A DNA stretch of 36,749 nt, from positions 1-36,749 of IMG/VR virus record IMGVR_UViG_3300020045_003121; one strand, written 5' to 3'. The notes under the pieces are model-generated. The model was not told the origin of the DNA. It worked only from the letters and a program-made list of their open reading frames with translations, and did no database searches. The first letter of the stretch is position 1, and every line of letters starts with the position of its first letter. The DNA comes from a virus. Its lineage: Duplodnaviria > Caudoviricetes. Made by a program: the position numbers and the translations under genes. This document shows, piece after piece, positions 33,827 through 36,749 of the stretch.

Positions 33827-34005
33827 GCATTTGCAGCAATTATATGCGTAGATATAGGACATATTCTGTAAAAATGGCGAAATACGGATTTATTCGCAAT
33901 ATTCACAGCACAAAAGAAAGGGTTGATAAATTAATTGATAGCAGGGCTTGCAACGATTCTCTATTACAAAAAATAAGGATAAAATTTCACATGGATAGCG
34001 CATGA
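33823..34005 (+). CDS. Hypothetical protein
   Basis: ATGA-coupled at both ends. Confidence 0.45.
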   Translation: MSICSNYMRRYRTYSVKMAKYGFIRNIHSTKERVDKLIDSRACNDSLLQKIRIKFHMDSA

Positions 34006-34196
34006 CCGAAACAATATACCGCTGCACTCATCCTGGATGCTTTGCGGAAACAAACAAGCCAGGCCAGAGACATAGACATGTAACAGAAAGGGGCTTGGAG
34101 AGCTTTGTCGAAATGCGTAAGTACATCGCTAGGCCCGGTTCACGCTGCGACAATTTAGCGAAGGGCGCGGCTTTTCAATCGAAGAATTTGGAGTAA
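34002..34196 (+). CDS. Hypothetical protein (Cys/His-containing)
   Basis: Coupled ORF with 'YRCTHPGC'. Confidence 0.5.
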   Translation: MTETIYRCTHPGCFAETNKPGQRHRHVTERGLESFVEMRKYIARPGSRCDNLAKGAAFQSKNLE

Positions 34197-34198
34197 AA

Positions 34199-34612
34199 AT
34201 GTTAAATAAAGTGCAGTTAATTGGACGTTTAGGGGCTGATCCTACTATTCGATACATGCCGAGCGGTGACGCTATAGCAGAGTTAAGCGTGGCTACTGAG
34301 CGCAGATGGAAAGACAAGCAGTCCGGCGAGCGTAAGAGCGAGAGCGAATGGCACCGCGTAACATTTTTTGGCCCGGTGGCCAAAGTCTGCGGAGAATATC
34401 TGAAAAAAGGCAGCCAGGTTTACGTAGAAGGCCGGATTAAAACCGACAAATATCAAAAAGACGGTGTAGATGTTTACCGGACCGGCATTGTTGGCGAGCA
34501 GATGAATATGCTGGATGGCAAGCAGGAAAGCACAGGGCAAGCGGCGCAACCAAGGCAGCAAGTGCCAGCGCAGCAGGCCGACGAAGATTATGATGAAGAT
34601 TTGCCTTTTTAA
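34199..34612 (+). CDS. ssb: Single-stranded DNA-binding protein
   Basis: 'NKVQLIGRLGADP', 'EWHRV', 'YLKKGSQVYVEG' and C-terminal DEDLPF. Confidence 0.97.
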   Translation: MLNKVQLIGRLGADPTIRYMPSGDAIAELSVATERRWKDKQSGERKSESEWHRVTFFGPVAKVCGEYLKKGSQVYVEGRIKTDKYQKDGVDVYRTGIVGEQMNMLDGKQESTGQAAQPRQQVPAQQADEDYDEDLPF

Positions 34613-34647
34613 AACAACAACTTAACAACAAAAGAGAGTATAATATT

Positions 34648-34911
34648 ATGAACTTTGGACAAGCATTAGACGCGTTAAAAGATGGCAAAAAGGTTTCCCG
34701 TGAAGGCTGGAACGGGAAAGGGATGTTTTTATTCTTAGTTGCAGGCTCTACTTTTCAAGTGAATAGGCCGCCGTTGCTTGGAATTTATCCAGAAGGAACG
34801 ACAATAAACTATTGTCCACATATCGATATGAAAACAGCAGATGACAAAATTGTTCCTTGGCTAGCTAGTCAAACAGACGTATTAGCCGACGATTGGGGCA
34901 TAGTTGAGTAA
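34648..34911 (+). CDS. DUF2829 / Tad2-like anti-defence nucleotide-sponge family protein
   Basis: 'MNFGQALDALKDGKKVSREGWNGKGMF...VPWLASQTDVLADDW'. Confidence 0.85.
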   Translation: MNFGQALDALKDGKKVSREGWNGKGMFLFLVAGSTFQVNRPPLLGIYPEGTTINYCPHIDMKTADDKIVPWLASQTDVLADDWGIVE

Positions 34912-35071
34912 TCAGCTTGAAAACTGGGAACGGGATCGCAACTGGCTGCTATCGCAGCGGCCAGACGCTACCGAGGATCAGCAAGAACATTTTTGCGAGT
35001 CGGTGGCTAAGCATTGGCAGTATTTCGGCGACGACTTAACGGCTCGTAATAGAGCGCTGGAGGATTTATGA
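34904..35071 (+). CDS. Small hypothetical protein (55 aa)
   Basis: Manual ORF from a TTG start with GGGG SD: MSNQLENWERDRNWLL... Confidence 0.45.
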   Translation: MSNQLENWERDRNWLLSQRPDATEDQQEHFCESVAKHWQYFGDDLTARNRALEDL

Positions 35072-35226
35072 CAACACAAAGCCAACTATTTACCACAACA
35101 GCGGCCATAGCTGCGGGTATTATCGGCGTAGTATGGGGGATGGCGTGGTTTATAGGCGTGTTCGTGATGTGGTGTCGTAATCTTGATACTGCGGTGGATA
35201 ACTTGATTAGATGGATAGGCGAATGA
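35068..35226 (+). CDS. Small membrane protein
   Basis: GGAGG SD. MTTQSQLFTTTAAIAAGIIGVVWGMAWFIGVFVMW... Confidence 0.5.
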   Translation: MTTQSQLFTTTAAIAAGIIGVVWGMAWFIGVFVMWCRNLDTAVDNLIRWIGE

Positions 35227-35301
35227 ATAAACCACACTGGCGAGCATTAGTTACAGACCACGCTGTAATCTGGTACGAGGGCTATATTGAGCGGCACAGG
35301 G

Positions 35302-35451
35302 TTAAGCTGAGTCGTTATGCTGTTGCAAAGTAGCGATGTATTCCAGCAACTCACGTTTGCGAGATGCTGGAATCTTAACGGTGACTTCAATCAAGCCAGC
35401 GTCTCTATCGCGCTGGCGTTGTTGTTGTTTTCTTACGGCTTCTGGTGTCAT
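35302..35451 (-). CDS. Small ribbon-helix-type DNA-binding protein (49 aa)
   Basis: Manual translation gives MTPEAVRKQQQRQRDRDAGLIEVTVKIPASRKRELLEYIATLQQHNDSA: a basic helix, an alternating beta strand, then a helix. Confidence 0.6.
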   Translation of the reverse strand: MTPEAVRKQQQRQRDRDAGLIEVTVKIPASRKRELLEYIATLQQHNDSA

Positions 35452-35454
35452 TTT

Positions 35455-35709
35455 TTATATGCCTGGAATGTATTTTATTGATGCTTGACCTGCAACATTG
35501 CAAAGTCTGGCTGAACATTCTTGTATATCAGAAAAATCGCCGAATCTTTGTTGATACCAGTTTAAAAAATTAGCCATTTTTGTGGCTGCTTTTTTGTTAG
35601 TGAAACTGCCAAGGCACCATTTTGGATCATCTATTGTTCCATTGCCTGCCCAAATTACTGCATGTTTATATTTTGTAGAGTTTATGTTTGTTTCGATTGA
35701 TACTTTCAT
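35455..35709 (-). CDS. Hypothetical protein in an antisense moron
   Basis: GGAG SD, AT-rich, with its own promoter. Confidence 0.6.
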   Translation of the reverse strand: MKVSIETNINSTKYKHAVIWAGNGTIDDPKWCLGSFTNKKAATKMANFLNWYQQRFGDFSDIQECSARLCNVAGQASIKYIPGI

Positions 35710-35748
35710 AGCGTTTGCTCCGGTAGGTGTTTTTGTTAATGTGGGTAT

Positions 35749-35777
35749 AGTATTGCACGTGACTGGTCACAAGTCAA
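35749..35777 (-). promoter_or_regulatory. Moron promoter with palindromic operator
   Basis: TTGACT(35777-35772)-17-AATACT(35754-35749), with GTGAC-TG-GTCAC at 35759-35770. Confidence 0.6.
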
Positions 35778-35914
35778 GAGGGGAGGGAAAATAAATTTAT
35801 GCGCGCAAACTGGCATGATTACCATCTACCGCCGATTAGCTTACGAGTCATGCCGCCAGCTACTTGTAAGCCTAAGTTGTGGCTACGTGGTAGTTATTGG
35901 CGTAAAATAAAAAC

Positions 35915-36433
35915 ATGAATAAAAAGCAGACCCGCTTTGTTGAAGAATATCTAATCGACTTGAACGCAACTCAAGCGGCGATAAGGGCTGGATATTCTAA
36001 AAACAGGGCTGGAGAAATAGGCTGGCAGTTGCTACAAAAAACTACAATTCAAGAGGCTATTAGCGCAGCGCAGGCTAGAAGATCAGAAAGGACTGAAATC
36101 ACGCAGGATATGGTTTTAGCTGAACTAGCAAAAATTGCATTTTCCGACATGCGCCGGGCTGTCAAGTGGAGTTCGTCTTTGGGCGAGGTTATGGATGGCG
36201 ATAATTTGGTGCAAACCAACGGCGTTATGCTAGTAGACAGTGACAACTTAGACGACAGCACGGCGGCTGCTGTTTCTGAAATATCACAAACGGCGCAAGG
36301 CATAAAGATAAAGCTACACGATAAACGGGCGGCTTTGGTAGATATTGGTAGGCACTTAGGCATGTTTAACGACAAGCTTAATTTAACCGGCGATGCCACA
36401 CTTAATATTATTCTAAATAAGCCAGGTGATTAA
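35915..36433 (+). CDS. terS: Terminase small subunit
   Basis: 'KQTRFVEEYLIDLNATQAAIRAGYS' and 'KIKLHDKRAALVDIGRHLGMF'. Confidence 0.95.
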   Translation: MNKKQTRFVEEYLIDLNATQAAIRAGYSKNRAGEIGWQLLQKTTIQEAISAAQARRSERTEITQDMVLAELAKIAFSDMRRAVKWSSSLGEVMDGDNLVQTNGVMLVDSDNLDDSTAAAVSEISQTAQGIKIKLHDKRAALVDIGRHLGMFNDKLNLTGDATLNIILNKPGD

Positions 36434-36502
36434 CGTGGAAATAGCAGAATTAGTTTTAACAGTGATTAATTTCATTATGAACATTTTCACAATTACGCCT
36501 TA

Positions 36503-36749
36503 ATGGATATAGGCCTGCCAAACAACTGGACGCCTAGACCGTACCAAGAGCCGGTATGGAAGTATCTGCACAAAGGCGGAAAGAGGGCCGTTACACGGTG
36601 GCATAGGCGTGCGGGTAAAGATGATCTGTTCCTGAATTGGGCTGTTATGTCCGCGCACGAACGAAAAGGTAACTATTGGTACATGTTGCCGGAGTATGCC
36701 CAGGCTAGAAAGTCAATGTGGGACGCTGTAAACCCACACACGGGCGTTA
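36503..36749 (+). CDS. terL: Terminase large subunit, N-terminus (runs off the window)
   Basis: Manual translation MDIGLPNNWTPRPYQ...RWHRRAGKDD...YMLPEYAQARKSMWD shows the adenine-binding YQ motif and a Walker A variant. Confidence 0.9.
   Translation, partial: MDIGLPNNWTPRPYQEPVWKYLHKGGKRAVTRWHRRAGKDDLFLNWAVMSAHERKGNYWYMLPEYAQARKSMWDAVNPHTGV

Noticed and set aside
1-36749. Alternative genetic code or stop-codon recoding
   Set aside because: Core genes are full length under the standard code, and TAA, TGA and TAG all serve as stops.

Overview
Near-complete genome of a tailed dsDNA phage with podovirus-type morphogenesis genes. The host is probably a Gram-negative proteobacterium, judging from the spanins and CsrA-type hairpins. 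The window begins inside the portal gene and ends inside terL, so only part of terL and the 5' part of the portal appear to be missing. Plus strand 1-20.9 kb: portal, a 3-gene insert with a SASA-type esterase, scaffold, major capsid, adaptor/nozzle, ejection proteins, tail fibre, a second SGNH esterase, and a lysis cassette split by an N4/N6 methyltransferase. Minus strand 21.2-27.9 kb: early-left arm with a TGT/DpdA-like protein, xis-like gene, dUTPase, YqaJ exonuclease, pentapeptide protein and a dense set of structured RNA elements. Plus strand 28-36.7 kb: cro-like gene, replication initiator, PAPS-reductase-like gene, C5 methyltransferase with a nested alternative-frame subunit, nin-like genes, RusA, SSB, Tad2-like DUF2829, terS and terL. 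The lambdoid switch is degenerate: operators and both promoters remain, but no cI is present and only the last 48 codons of a tyrosine integrase survive. All calls come from manual motif reading; no database searches or folding programs were run.
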